A stretch of 64,000 nt of DNA from Eledone cirrhosa (taxonomy: Eukaryota): contig OZ024740.1 in the NCBI GenBank assembly GCA_964016885.1, positions 65,472,001 through 65,536,000 of the forward strand, read 5' to 3'. Position 1 is the stretch's first letter, and each line of letters begins with the position of its first letter. The notes beneath the pieces are model-generated. The model did not search any database. It had not been told where the DNA came from and worked only from the letters and a program-made list of their open reading frames with translations. The translations under genes and the position numbers were made by a program. This document shows, one piece after another, positions 26,510 through 38,948 of the stretch.

Positions 26510-27000
26510 AGTTCAGCTGGAAATGCATCGACGATTGTCCTCCTTGCTTCTGCTCGTTACCACAGGGTGGTAATAGTTGCCAGTCCTCTTGCATAGCTAC
26601 GGCGTTCTAAATGTTTATTTATAAATATAGCGTATTTCTTTGGATATACGAAATTCCAATATATATCTGTATACAGCTATGCTCACAGCTAAATTCTTAT
26701 TCTATTCTATAAGTTGAGGTAACTTATACAGCTTCATATGAAAATGTGATTAATCACATCATTTACACAGACGAGAAAACTATATATTCTCACCTGCTTT
26801 CAAAGTCCAGCAGTTGCAAGAACGTGAGGGATCGTCCCGAGGTGAGCCAGTCCAGTTCAAAATGCATCGACGATTGTCCCCCGGTATTTTTATATAGCTA
26901 CGGCTTTCAAAATGTTTATTTTTAAACATACCGTATCTCTTTAGAAATACGAAATGCTAATACATACCTGTATACAGCTATGATCAAAGCTAAATTCTAA
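26510..27000 (+). mobile_element. Partial tandem unit (period about 340 nt) with a decayed hammerhead; retrozyme/pLTR-like
   Basis: aaatgcatcgacgattgtcc recurs at 26521 and 26860. 26592-26699 is similar to 26893-27000. Confidence 0.55.
26831..26874 (+). ncRNA. Decayed minimal type I hammerhead ribozyme
   Basis: atcgtc-[ccgaggt]-gagc..gttc-[aaaa]-tgca-TC-gacgat: stems I and II and palindromic III intact, core mutated. Confidence 0.5.
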
Positions 27001-27099
27001 TTATATATATAAAGAGAGAAATAGAGAGAGAGAGAAAAACATGAAACGAAATTTCATTTCTCACTCTTAGTACGGCTGATACTTAAATATAAGTATGTA

Positions 27100-27306
27100 T
27101 ACGTACATACATATATGTGTACAGGCGCACGGTAGTACGTATATATATATATATATACATACATGCACACATATATATATATATATATATATGTACGTAT
27201 GGTTTACCGAACATTTATTATAATATTCGGTTTGTTTGTAAACAAACAGCCCGAATTACGCCGGACAGTGCTCGGCAACCATCGTCGCCATTTTGTTCAA
27301 CACTGA
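27100..27306 (+). repeat. Unclassified microsatellite-embedded interspersed repeat
   Basis: ggtttaccgaacatttattataat core recurs at about 30325, 51238 and (minus) 54455-54480. Confidence 0.7.
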
Positions 27307-28410
27307 TACCAGTCACTGATACCGGTCACTACCTTCAATTTCTAAGCCCTTTAAACGCAATGTTATTACTCTAAGGTTCTATACCTTATCGAGTGCTTGA
27401 CTGCACTTCTGATTGCTTAGCTGTGGCTCGAGCTTCGATTATGCTGTACTTCCATTTGTATATATACATATATAATAGGTATAAATGAAAGTTGTAGCCG
27501 CTGAATTGCAGATATCAATCGAATTGTTTGAGGCAGTCCAAAGCGCTCAATGGAGTGAAAAGGTAATATATTTTCATCCAGAGTAAAGACAAAAAGTGTG
27601 ACACCAAGAATAAAGCGACCAAATGTATGTTGCCATAGTCATAGTTAAAACCACAACATCGATATATACAAACGGGCCGAATGCTAAACTTGACTATCCC
27701 GAATATACAAGAATCGATAAAAACCTTTGAAAAGATTCCGGGGCGATACACTATGGGTTGCAACATGTATATGTCAGATTACCAAGCCCCCCCCCCCCCG
27801 CATACACACCACCACCATGTTCTACCGCCCCTGTGTGTGTGTGTGTGTGTGTTCTTGCGTGTGCGTTTAAACAATAAAAGCAGAAGTCAGGTATAGGTAA
27901 AGAGATAGTTCATTTATATATATATATATATATATATACATTAATTTATTATGGCTCTTGATATGCTTTATTATTCTAAAGTTACAGTTGCGCACCTTTT
28001 TCTCTATCTATTATTAGTAATATTCCTAAACTATTTTTTAGGGCCTTAGATAAATGCTTCCCTCCTTCACATATTTATAGTAAGATCTTTAATAAGCATA
28101 CAAGTAAATTCTCTCATTCCACTACTTCCAATATCTCAAAACATAATACAAAAACATTAAATAATAAACCATATCCATCCAACACTGAGCGTCATAATAA
28201 TAACAATAGTAAGCCCGACGTCAAGTTAACTCTAGGGTAGATTCCGTAAATTTAAATACGACGTCAAACGCAACTTTGTCGAATGTTCATAATACCAATC
28301 TAAATTAGGAAAATTTAGCCCCTATCGTAAGTAACATCTGCAAATCAATTCCTTCTATAAATAATACTGGGTCACTTGCTAATACCTCTGGTAATTACTC
28401 TAATCGTAAT

Positions 28411-28758
28411 TGAAATTGCCCTATTAGAACTAAATGTCCTCTTAGTAACCAATGTCTTGATAAAAAATAAGTGTATGATTGTAAGGTTATAACTGGTACT
28501 AATTACTTTACCTACTTTGGTTCCACTTCCACTTCCTTTAAGGCAAGATTATATAATCACAATTCTTCTTTTAGATACCCACTTAAAAGAACTAACACAG
28601 CACTCTCAGAACTCATATGGTCCTTAAAGGACAAAAATATTAACTACAACATTTCTTGGAGAAAGGTTTGCAACGCCTCTCCCTACCTTAATTCTTCCAT
28701 ATCCAGAACAGGTAATCTCTGCTTAGCGGAGAGAAATTTACCATTATCTCTAATTTAA
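28411..28758 (+). pseudogene. PLE CxCx5Cx5C finger + GIY-YIG endonuclease (copy 1)
   Basis: In frame with ORF 28471..28758; TGA at 28411 and TAA at 28468. Confidence 0.8.
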
Positions 28759-28930
28759 ATTCTATAATAAATAGACGTACGGATTTATTTTCGCTCTGCT
28801 TGCATAAATCCCATAGAACTTTCCATGAAGTATACAGCTAATATCTTACTACCTAATTAGTTTAAAATCTTTTTCTCAAACACTTTTATATTTTTTACAA
28901 ATATACCCATCTTTCTACCTTATTTCAGTT

Positions 28931-29088
28931 CGGACGCCATGCTTTCCAGAATAGTTACGTCACTTTGCGGTCTGAGTTCAAATCCCACCGAGGTTAACTT
29001 TGCCTTTCATCATTACGGGGTCGATAAAATAAAGTACCAGTAATGCACTGGGTAATTGATGGCCTTGTGCCTAACGTAGAAACAATTA
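28931..29088 (+). mobile_element. SINE family 1 inserted in the PLE 3' region
   Basis: gagttcaaatcc B-box, ggggtcgataaaataaagtaccag and ggccttgtgcc. Confidence 0.8.
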
Positions 29089-29695
29089 TACAATATTACT
29101 CATACTATGTCGTTAGCGGTCCCCTAATTTTTCTTCTTTTTTTAATTTCTAATCTTTAATCTGCAACTTTAACTTCTTAATTAATCTCACTATAGCATTT
29201 TCCTTATATTCTCTGCCATACAAATTTTTATTTTTAATACATACTAATATTACCATTAGAGTAATTTTGTAAACATATTTATTTGACGTTATATATTTTC
29301 TCTTCCTTGAATTTTTTCTTTCTTCTCTCTTCCCATGCTCGTACTAACTCTATTATTTACTTTTTCCTATTATAATATATTGAAACAAACTCGGACCCTA
29401 TTGAATTCCTCTAAGTTCATAATTCATTTAACCTTATCTTCATTCACCTTATCTCTCTTAATATATTTTATTTTAATAATACCTTTTAATAAATTCCTTT
29501 TCACAAATAGTATTAAACCATTCAATATATAAACCTTAAATAAAAAATATTCTTAATTTCTTTTTCTTTAATCATAAGCATCACCATTCATAAACTCATT
29601 AATTTTTAATTTCTTATTTTTTAAAATTGTGTATTATCGTACAACGTTTTTTTTTTAAATTTTACTCTGTGAGACAGTGTTTCTCAGTATTAAAG

Positions 29696-29803
<108 letters not shown>

Positions 29804-30005
29804 ACTAATTTTCTCCTCACTCATCCTTCCTTATTATTATTTTTTTTTCTCCTATCTATATTTTTTTCTTCCTCTTCCTTACCTTTTCTTTCCCCCTTCC
29901 TTTCCTTTTTTACAATCTCATATATCCCTCTGATTTTATTTTTCACATGTTGATTTGACACTTCACTGCTCACAAATGCTTTTTAATCTTCATATCACGT
30001 CTCCT

Positions 30006-30076
30006 TATTTTATCTGATGAGAATGCAAATATCATCCCATGATGATATTTGTTTTTGAAATGCGCATAATAAAATA
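30006..30076 (+). ncRNA. Minimal type I hammerhead ribozyme
   Basis: tattttat-CTGATGA-stem II (caaatatcatc/gatgatatttg)-GAAA-tgcgca-TA-ataaaata, with a perfect 8-bp stem I. Confidence 0.88.
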
Positions 30077-30106
30077 CATAGAACTCTTTTAACCACCTTT
30101 TGATTT

Positions 30107-30142
<36 letters not shown>

Positions 30143-31068
30143 AGAGAAATAGAGAGAGAGAGAAAAGCATGAAACGAAATTTCATTTCTCACTCTTAGTA
30201 CGGCTGATACTTAAATATAAGTATGTATACGTACATACATATATGTGTACAGACGCACGGTAGTACGTATATATATATATACATACATGCACACATATAT
30301 ATATATATATATATATGTACGTATGGGTTTACCGAACATTTATTATAATATTCGGTTTGTTTGTAAACAAACAGCCAGAATTACGCCGGACAGTGCTCGG
30401 CAACCATCGTCGCCATTTTGTTCAACACTGATACCAGTCACTGATACCGGTCACTACCTTCAATTTCTAAGCCCTTTAAACGCAATGTTATTACTCTAAG
30501 GTTCTATACCTTATCGAGTGCTTGACTGCACTTCTGATTGCTTAGCTGTGGCTCGAGCTTCGATTATGCTGTACTTCCATTTGTATATATACATATATAA
30601 TAGGTATAAATGAAAGTTGTAGCCGCTGAATTGCAGATATCAATCGAATTGTTTGAGGCAGTCCAAAGCGCTCAATGGAGTGAAAAGGTAATATATTTTC
30701 ATCCAGAGTAAAGACAAAAAGTGTGACACCAAGAATAAAGCGACCAAATGTATGTTGCCATAGTCATAGTTAAAACCACAACATCGATATATACAAACGG
30801 GCCGAATGCTAAACTTGACTATCCCGAATATACAAGAATCGATAAAAACCTTTGAAAAGATTCCGGGGCGATACACTATGGGTTGCAACATGTATATGTC
30901 AGATTACCAAGCCCCCCCCCCCCCCCCCGCATACACACCACCACCATGTTCTACCGCCCCTGTGTGTGTGTGTGTGTGTGTTCTTGCGTGTGCGTTTAAA
31001 CAATAAAAGCAGAAGTCAGGTATAGGTAAAGAGATAGTTCATTTATATATATATATATATATATATAC

Positions 31069-32621
31069 ATTAATTTATTATGGCTCTTGATATGCTTTAT
31101 TATTCTAAAGTTACAGTTGCGCACCTTTTTCTCTATCTATTATTAGTAATATTCCTAAACTATTTTTTAGGGCCTTAGATAAATGCTTCCCTCCTTCACA
31201 TATTTATAATAAGATCTTTAATAAGCATACAAGTAAATTCTCTCATTCCACTACTTCCAATATCTCAAAACATAATACAAAAACATTAAATAATAAACCA
31301 TATCCATCCAACACTGAGCGTCATAATAATAACAATAGTAAGCCCGACGTCAAGTTAACTCTAGGGTAGATTCCGTAAATTTAAATACGACGTCAAACGC
31401 AACTTTGTCGAATGTTCATAATACCAATCTAAATTAGGAAAATTTAGCCCCTATCGTAAGTAACATCTGCAAATCAATTCCTTCTATAAATAATACTGGG
31501 TCACTTGCTAATACCTCTGGTAATTACTCTAATCGTAATTGAAATTGCCCTATTAGAACTAAATGTCCTCTTAGTAACCAATGTCTTGATAAAAATTTAG
31601 TGTATGATTGTAAGGTTATAACTGGTACTAATTACTTTACCTACTTTGGTTCCACTTCCACTTCCTTTAAGGCAAGATTATATAATCACAATTCTTCTTT
31701 TAGATACCCACTTAAAAGAACTAACACAGCACTCTCAGAACTCATATGGTCCTTAAAGGACAAAAATATTAACTACAACATTTCTTGGAGAAAGGTTTGC
31801 AACGCCTCTCCCTACCCTAATTCTTCCATATCCAGAACAGGTAATCTCTGCTTAGCGGAGAGAAATTTACCATTATCTCTAATTTAAATTCTATAACAAA
31901 TAGACGTACGGATTTATTTTCGCTCTGCTTGCATAAATCCCATAGAACTTTCCATGAAGTATACAGCTAATATCTTACTACCTAATTAGTTTAAAATCTT
32001 TTTCTCAAACACTTTTATATTTTTTTACAAATATACCCATCTTTCTACCTTATTTCAGTTCGGACGCCATGCTTTCTAATCTTTAATCTGCAACTTTTAC
32101 TTCTTAATTAATCTCACTATAGCATTTTCCTTATATTCTCTGCCATACAAATTTTTATTTTTAATACATACTAATATTACCATTAGAGTAATTTTGTAAA
32201 CATATTTATTTGAAGTTATATATTTTCTCTTCCTTGAATTTTTTCTTTCTTCTCTCTTCCCATGCTCGTACTAACTCTATTATTTACTTTTTCTTATTAT
32301 AATATATTGAAACAAACTCGGACCCTATTGAATTCCTCTAAGTTCATAATTCATTTAACCTTATCTTTATTCACCTTATCTCTCTTAATATATTTTATTT
32401 TAATAATACCTTTTAATAAATTCCTTTTCGCAAATAGTATTAAACCATTCGATATATAAACCTTAAATAAAAAATATTCTTAATTTCTTTTTCTTTAATC
32501 ATAAGCATCACCATTCATAAACCTCATTAATTTTTAATTTCTTATTTTTTTTAAATTGTGTATTATCGTACAACGTTTTTTTTTTTATTTTTCTCTGTGA
32601 GACAGTGTTTCTCAGTATTAA

Positions 32622-32656
<35 letters not shown>

Positions 32657-32987
32657 AATTTTCTCCTCACTCATCCTTCCTTCGTATACTCCTCCTCCGT
32701 CATCATTTCCTTATTATTATATTTTCTTTCTTCTATCTATATTTTTTTCTTCCTCTTCCTTACCTTTTCTTTCCCCCTTCCTTTCCTTTTTTACAATCTC
32801 ATATATCCCTCTGATTTTATTTTTCACATGTTGATTTGACACTTCACTGCTCACAAATGCTTTTTAATCTTCATATCACGTCTCCTTATTTTATCTGATG
32901 AGAATGCAAATATCATCCCATGATGATATTTGTTTTTGAAATGCGCATAATAAAATACATAGAACTCTTTTAACCACCTTTTGATTT

Positions 32988-32995
<8 letters not shown>
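31069..32995 (+). mobile_element. Penelope-like element (Naiad-type), duplicate copy
   Basis: Duplicate of 27940-30114. The frame is open from TGA 31540 through ORF 31600..31887. Confidence 0.85.
32887..32957 (+). ncRNA. Minimal type I hammerhead ribozyme (duplicate)
   Basis: Identical to 30006-30076. Confidence 0.88.
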
Positions 32996-33070
<75 letters not shown>

Positions 33071-33076
<6 letters not shown>

Positions 33077-33534
33077 ATGTATTTTGCAATACACTTTATG
33101 CTTAATTAAAAGCATTTTGAAGACCGTAAGCTATTGTTTTAAAGTAGTGACAAATTCACTCACTTTGATCTCCACAAACAGGAGGAGATAAGCCGACATG
33201 ACATGTTTCGCTTTTGTTGAAGCTTATCAAGGCCAACTACCCCGCCTGTCTACTGAGATCAATGATGTTATATTCTTATAGAAATCTAGTAAATAATCAG
33301 GAGCTGATTATGCAGAGCGGTTGTTGGTCAGGCAGAAATTAAAAATTAGAATTGGAGCTCTGAAATAGCAATATATATATGGATGTATATATAATGTATT
33401 TTGCAATACACTTTATGCTTAATTAAAAGCATTTTGAAGACCGTAAGCTATTGTTTTAAAGTAGTGACAAATTCACTCACTTTGATCTCAGCAAACAGGA
33501 GGAGATAAGCCGACATGACATGTTTCGCTTGTTG
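33071..33534 (-). mobile_element. Retrozyme-like partial tandem unit, period 317 nt, hammerhead-containing
   Basis: 33071-33217 repeats at 33388-33534. Homologous to 46800-47242. Confidence 0.8.
33191..33234 (-). ncRNA. Type I hammerhead ribozyme with core substitutions
   Basis: Minus strand reads ggcc-TTGATAA-gctt..aagc-GAAA-catgtcatg-TC-ggct. Confidence 0.7.
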
Positions 33535-33850
33535 CTACACATTTTATATCCAGCCTGTATTGATTAGCCACTGGTGCACCAGGGAGTTCGATGCTGCCGC
33601 CCTAAGGTTTCCCTCGTGCCTTGCTGTGGGCTCATCCGGGATACTGGAAAGCAAGGTGTCGAGATGTTTCTTGAAGACCTCCACATCAACATTATGCAGA
33701 TCTCTCATATCCCTAGGCAGCTTGTTGAAGAGTTGAGGGCCCTTGAACCCCAGGCTATTGCAATGTCTGCTCCTTATTCTAGATGTGGAAGAGGGGACAT
33801 TTGGCACCACACAGTGGCGTCCTGTTCGACATTGATCCATCTCCCAAAGT
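33535..33850 (-). mobile_element. CR1/L2/Jockey-group LINE 3' fragment
   Basis: NSLGFKGPQLFNKLP...FKKHLDTLLSSIPDEP is typical of the ORF2 C-terminus. Confidence 0.75.
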
Positions 33851-33851
33851 A

Positions 33852-33926
<75 letters not shown>

Positions 33927-34040
33927 AAAACCCACTGTACCAATAGGAAATGTATCATATGTAAGGTGAACCCCCGGATAAACTGTAAAACTAGAAACGT
34001 AGTCTATAGCATATGATGTACTGAGGGTACTTGCAGAAAC

Positions 34041-34340
34041 ATGACAACAACATACATAGGTGAGACAGCTCGTAGCATAGGTGAAAGGATAGACCAACAC
34101 TGGGGGGAACTAAAAGGACGAAAAAACGGTTCAGTACTATACGAACATGCTAGACAACAACATGACGGTAACATAGACAACATAGAAATTAGAATAATAT
34201 CTAAACATAGGAATGACCCAGCAGATAGGCAAATCAGAGAGGCCAGTGAAATAGAAATTAGAAGACCAAAGCTAAACAGAAAGAATGAGTGGAACAACAA
34301 CAACACCCAAACAAACAACACTGACCTAAGAGAAGTATAA
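34041..34340 (+). pseudogene. GIY-YIG endonuclease domain of a PLE
   Basis: YIGET..R..EH..EA..I..PKLN motifs. Confidence 0.85.
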
Positions 34341-34604
34341 ATAAGTAAATAAAATTAAATAAAATAAGATAAATAAATACATACACAAGCACATAAACAC
34401 ACACTAGTCACCCAGCAGACACAACACTATACACACTAGTCACACATCACACATAACACTATACACACACGCAAACGCATGCGCAAAGAAGACAAAATAA
34501 AATAAGATAAACAAACAAGCAAATAAATAAATAAATATATAGACAGACTGAACAAAAAAAAAATGGCGTAGACATACAACACAACAGGAGGAACAATGAA
34601 TATA

Positions 34605-34650
34605 ACACCACTGACGATGTTGCAGATGTGCAACGAAAGATTTATGTAAA
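34605..34650 (+). ncRNA. Hammerhead-like motif, stems I and III not resolved
   Basis: CTGACGA-t-gttgca gatg tgcaac-GAAA in the PLE 3' region. Confidence 0.55.
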
Positions 34651-34883
34651 TTATGTAAACTATATATATGTGTTTGTGTCTATATTGTATCTGTATTATT
34701 TTTGACCGCCGGTCAGTCAATGGCAACATTGAGGACCGAGTAAGTTAGATCGCAGATATATATATATAAAAGACAGCGAGAAGCGAAAACCAACCAAACA
34801 GTGAGCGTGTTCTGTTATTAATTCTGGCAATATTACGCAAATATGACCCTCCCCAAATATAACAATATATATATATATATACC

Positions 34884-34943
<60 letters not shown>

Positions 34944-34950
34944 TATATAG

Positions 34951-35040
<90 letters not shown>

Positions 35041-35234
35041 TCAGGTTTGAGGTTCACCACTGTATAGAGTTGGTCTATTCCGTATGGTCAATCGTAATGC
35101 AATAATATAGAGAGTACTCAACGTAAGGCAGTTCAACCGTCTTTGTTTTTGTAGTTGGTGGTGCTATTACGGACTTAAATATTATAATGAAATGACAGGA
35201 GGCTGGATTTGTGTAAATCCTTGAAAGTTTTATT

Positions 35235-35292
35235 ATACTATGATCATTTCAATGACCGGGTTCCGTATGAATCCGGTGATATCATCAGGTAT
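35235..35292 (-). ncRNA. Minimal type I hammerhead ribozyme
   Basis: Reverse complement of 37014-37071. Confidence 0.82.
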
Positions 35293-37013
35293 TCGAAATA
35301 TAATACGTGAATGTAATAGATAAAATCCATGGGGCTGAAAATCGAGGACCCGAGGGCGACCGCTATTCTGTTCCTTCAACTTCAGCCGGTCGCCCTGGAG
35401 TGACGTGGCTAAAGTTTATAGTATGCTACTAGTGGTGTTGGAGTAAGATGGAGAAATCAAGACATAGGAGAATTACAATATAGTTCAGGTTGCAGTATTT
35501 ATGTTCCAGGGGGGGGGGGGGGGGGGGGGGCAATCCTGTGTCGTGTGCTAAGGGTGCACGCGAGTAAAAGTCCGAATAAGGGAAGTAAAAAGTACATGGA
35601 TGTATAGAAGTAGATTATTGTAATTCTCCTATGTCTTGATTGCTCCATCTTACTCCAACACCACTCTTGTTGGTTTATTTACATGTTTATACCTATATAT
35701 TGATATGTTTATATATTTATACCTCTGCTGTACCAATGGGCCCTTCCACGTATTCCACTTCTATGTATCCATGTATTTCTACTCCTCACATTGGGACCTG
35801 TACCCATTAGCACACGACACTAGAATGTCTCCTCCTGAGAACAAAAATTAAACATTACACGACTATATCCCGTACTCTACATCCCACTAGGATAAATTAC
35901 AGATCTACATAATACAATTAACGTTTCTTCATAAAAGACTCTATTTAATTAAACCCCGCAACCCAAAACCTCATAGAAGTTATTTGAATGTTTAATCTTC
36001 AATTTTCTGTTTGTTCAATTCTCAATCTTCTTACTCCTTAGTTTTATAATGTTATTCAACTATTAATGGTTGATGGCTACTAATAGTAGCCATCAACCAT
36101 TACTCTTCTACTTCTCTAAGCACATTTTTTAAGTTCCAACTTTCTGTCGGACTGTTGGGTGGGTTTTAAATGGCGGCGCGACCGGCTCCCTGGCGAACGA
36201 GCTCACCTGGAGTGCTTGGAAAAATAAATTTCTCCTTCTTTCGGTAAATGAAAATACTCGGCGTAGCTAAATTCGCCATGGGGCCCGGGGCGCGGCCGGT
36301 GTTTTAACCGCCACATAGTACCTTTAAATTACAGAACAAATCGGAACAAGTATATAATAAAATGTTAAACTGTTGAACTTTAAATTCTCTAACCTCTTTA
36401 ATATTGAATATTGATTATTAATTTTTTTAACTTCATCCTAGAAGTCTAAACACTGTAACACACTGACTCCCAATATATTCATCTCAACTAAGATGCAGGT
36501 CCCTGTGAAAATTTTCTCGCGCCACTCCTGGCCTGACTGTGGTCTGACATTAATATCGACCACTCTTCCTCTTTCTTTCTATCTTCCTTCTTGTAGCCAT
36601 CAACCCTTACTTTTCTACTTCTCTCTTCCCTTCCTTCTCTTCTCCCCTCTTCCTGTCTTCCTCCCGCAGACTTATCTTCCTTCCCCCTCTTGCTTGCCTA
36701 TATCTGACCGGTAGTAGTTGCCTTTCTTCTTTTAGCTGACATTAAACCTGGCTTCTCTTCTTCTTTCTTACCCCTTCTTTTCTCTCCTTCCTTTCTTTCT
36801 TTCTTTTACCTTGTGCCATGAGATCGACGTTAACTTATGTTCCCATCTCTTTCTGTTCTCGTTTATCTGACCGGTAGTAGCATACTATAAACTTTAGCCA
36901 CGTCACTCCAGGGCGACCGGCTGAAGTTGAAGGAACAGAATAGCGGTCGCCCTCGGGTCCTCGATTTTCAGCCCCATGGATATTATCTATTACATTCACG
37001 TATTATATTTCGA

Positions 37014-37071
37014 ATACCTGATGATATCACCGGATTCATACGGAACCCGGTAATTGAAATGATCATAGTAT
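37014..37071 (+). ncRNA. Minimal type I hammerhead ribozyme
   Basis: atac-CTGATGA-..accgg..ccggt..-GAAA-tgatca-TA-gtat. Confidence 0.82.
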
Positions 37072-37122
37072 AATAAACCTTTCAAGGATTTACACAAATC
37101 CAGCCTCCTGTCATTTCATTAT

Positions 37123-37163
<41 letters not shown>

Positions 37164-37171
<8 letters not shown>

Positions 37172-37647
37172 ATGTTGAAAAGGTAACACACCAGAGACAG
37201 ATATACAGTGCGCTATCAATGAAACAAGGATAAAATCCACCAGAGTATGGAATCTATAACCTATGAAAGGCAGACTATAGACACGATAATTAAAAATATA
37301 AATTAAAGCGTAAATAAAAACCTCTATAACTATCAACAAATTACTGGTGAAACATATCTTTGGATTAGTATCTTTGGATTTGTACGTGTGTTATATAGTT
37401 ATAGAGGTATTTATTTTCGCTTTAATTTATATTTTTAATTATCGTGTCTATAGTATGCATTTCATAGGTTATAGATTCCATACACTGGTGGGTTTTTTCC
37501 CTGTTTTATTGATAGCGCACTGTATATCTCTCTCTGGTCTGTTACCTTTTCAACATATTGTATTTTAAAGAGATCAGGATTTCTCCTCCTTTGAGCACAT
37601 TATTTACAGGGAATAGCGAGGGCCTATGCCTCCGTTAATTCATCATG

Positions 37648-37648
<1 letters not shown>
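37164..37648 (+). repeat. Fold-back: about 170-bp inverted arms plus 85-nt tail, between (TA)n
   Basis: 37164-37333 pairs with 37395-37563; tail at 37564-37648. Confidence 0.85.
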
Positions 37649-37675
<27 letters not shown>

Positions 37676-37678
<3 letters not shown>

Positions 37679-37946
37679 TAGAAAATTTAGTATATCTACC
37701 AACATATGCGTATAGATGTACACTAATGCTAGCAAATACATAGATTATGTCATAGTACCTAGGTGGTTCAATGCAGGAGGATGCAGAACAATAATATGAA
37801 AGACGTAAAATAAGAAAATAAAAAAAAAAAATTAAAATTAACTTACTTACTAACTATCTTTATCCCATTACAGAAACTAATTAGTTGGAGTGAAAATTTT
37901 AGTAAGTTAATTTTTAATTTTTTTTAAAATTTTCTTATTTTACGTC

Positions 37947-37955
<9 letters not shown>
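37676..37955. mobile_element. Fold-back form of the 47582-48165 family
   Basis: 37795-37850 pairs with 37901-37955. 37851-37891 is the 3' half of the 48020 hammerhead. 37676-37830 is the reverse complement of about 47600-47742. Confidence 0.78.
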
Positions 37956-37987
<32 letters not shown>

Positions 37988-38000
37988 TATATATGTATAT

Positions 38001-38190
38001 ATACTAGCAGTTAAGCTCGGCCGTTGCTGGGGTTTGTTCATTTGCTATGAAAAGTTACATACAGGTAAACGTGGCTTGAAAGCGGATAACCTTATCAATT
38101 AAGTGCATAAAGCAGTTGAACCAGTTATTAAAAGTTACGAACCAATTAGCATTGGGGATAGTCAATGATGAGTTAATAATCTTCTAATAG
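38001..38190 (+). mobile_element. Possible Helentron/HINE-type element end
   Basis: ACTAGCAG start after (TA)n, followed by a short GC-rich imperfect palindrome. Confidence 0.35.
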
Positions 38191-38564
38191 CGAATTTAGC
38201 AGACCAAATGTGCAAGATGGTGGCCCTGATGCGGCTGGGTGGCAGATCTGTCCGCCATGAGTGGCCCTATAGTTTTCCAGACGGCATAGCTCCAACACCT
38301 CCAACACATGCACCAACATCTAGAACACCTCTTTGTAGACGATATTGTGTGGGGTAAGCATTCCTGTAAGTCCATTCCTGTTCCCTGCGCGGGAACAGGC
38401 AACCTAAGGTTGGTCATGGGAGAAGCATGGCTACCCCAGATGGATGCTCCGAACCTACAATGGTTTCCCTTGTGACTTGTTAATGGACATGGCAAAACAT
38501 GATCTCACCGGGAATTGGGATCGCCGGAAATCGAACGGGATATCTGACGCCGAGAGGAAAAGTT

Positions 38565-38893
38565 CCTTCCTCCTCCTTAACTTTTCTTTCCCCCTTCCTT
38601 TCCTATTTTCCAATCTCATATACCTCTTATTGTATTTGTCATTTGTTGATTTGACACTTCACTGCTCGCAAGTGTTTTTTAAGCTTCATATCATGTCTCC
38701 CTATTTTATCTGATGAGAACGCAAATATCATCCCATGATGATATTTGTTTTTGAAATGCGTATAATAAAATACATGGAACTCTTTTAACCATCTTTTGAT
38801 TTTATATTATTTATACTCCAGTTCTATAAACTGTTGAGTGCTACTTATCCGATATTTGCATTGCTTTATTGTGCTACAATAAAACTCACCCCA
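38565..38893 (+). mobile_element. Solo 3' terminal fragment of the Naiad-type family, with hammerhead and tail
   Basis: Homologous to 29870-30114 plus an extra tail at 38811-38893. Confidence 0.8.
38702..38772 (+). ncRNA. Minimal type I hammerhead ribozyme
   Basis: tattttat-CTGATGA-..-GAAA-tgcgta-TA-ataaaata. Confidence 0.85.
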
Positions 38894-38948
38894 TATATAT
38901 ATATATATATATACATATATATGCGTTATTTCGCGTTGAATCGGAGGT

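Larger units (their letters stand above)
33924..34868 (+). mobile_element. Penelope-like element (Neptune-like), 5'-truncated, between (TA)n: Cys-rich linker, GIY-YIG, 3' region
   Basis: C..CIIC..CKTRNVVYSI*C..C..YIGETARSIGERIDQH..RQIREA..PKLN. Hammerhead-like motif at 34611. Confidence 0.88.
35036..37125. mobile_element. Non-coding PLE-type fold-back element: about 250-bp inverted arms, each with a hammerhead, between (TA)n
   Basis: 35183-35431 is the reverse complement of 36875-37123. Unpaired tail at 35036-35182 and nested internal inverted repeats. Confidence 0.8.

Noticed and set aside
28824-28870. ATGA-N11-AA as a SECIS element for the Naiad-type PLE
   Set aside because: I found no complementary 3' strand ending in the required GA, and it overlaps the end of the coding region.
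34014-34016. In-frame TGA between VVYSI and C in the Neptune-like GIY-YIG ORF as a selenocysteine codon
   Set aside because: It falls at a variable, non-Cys position (VVYxIxC). A CGA>TGA-type nonsense change is the simpler explanation.
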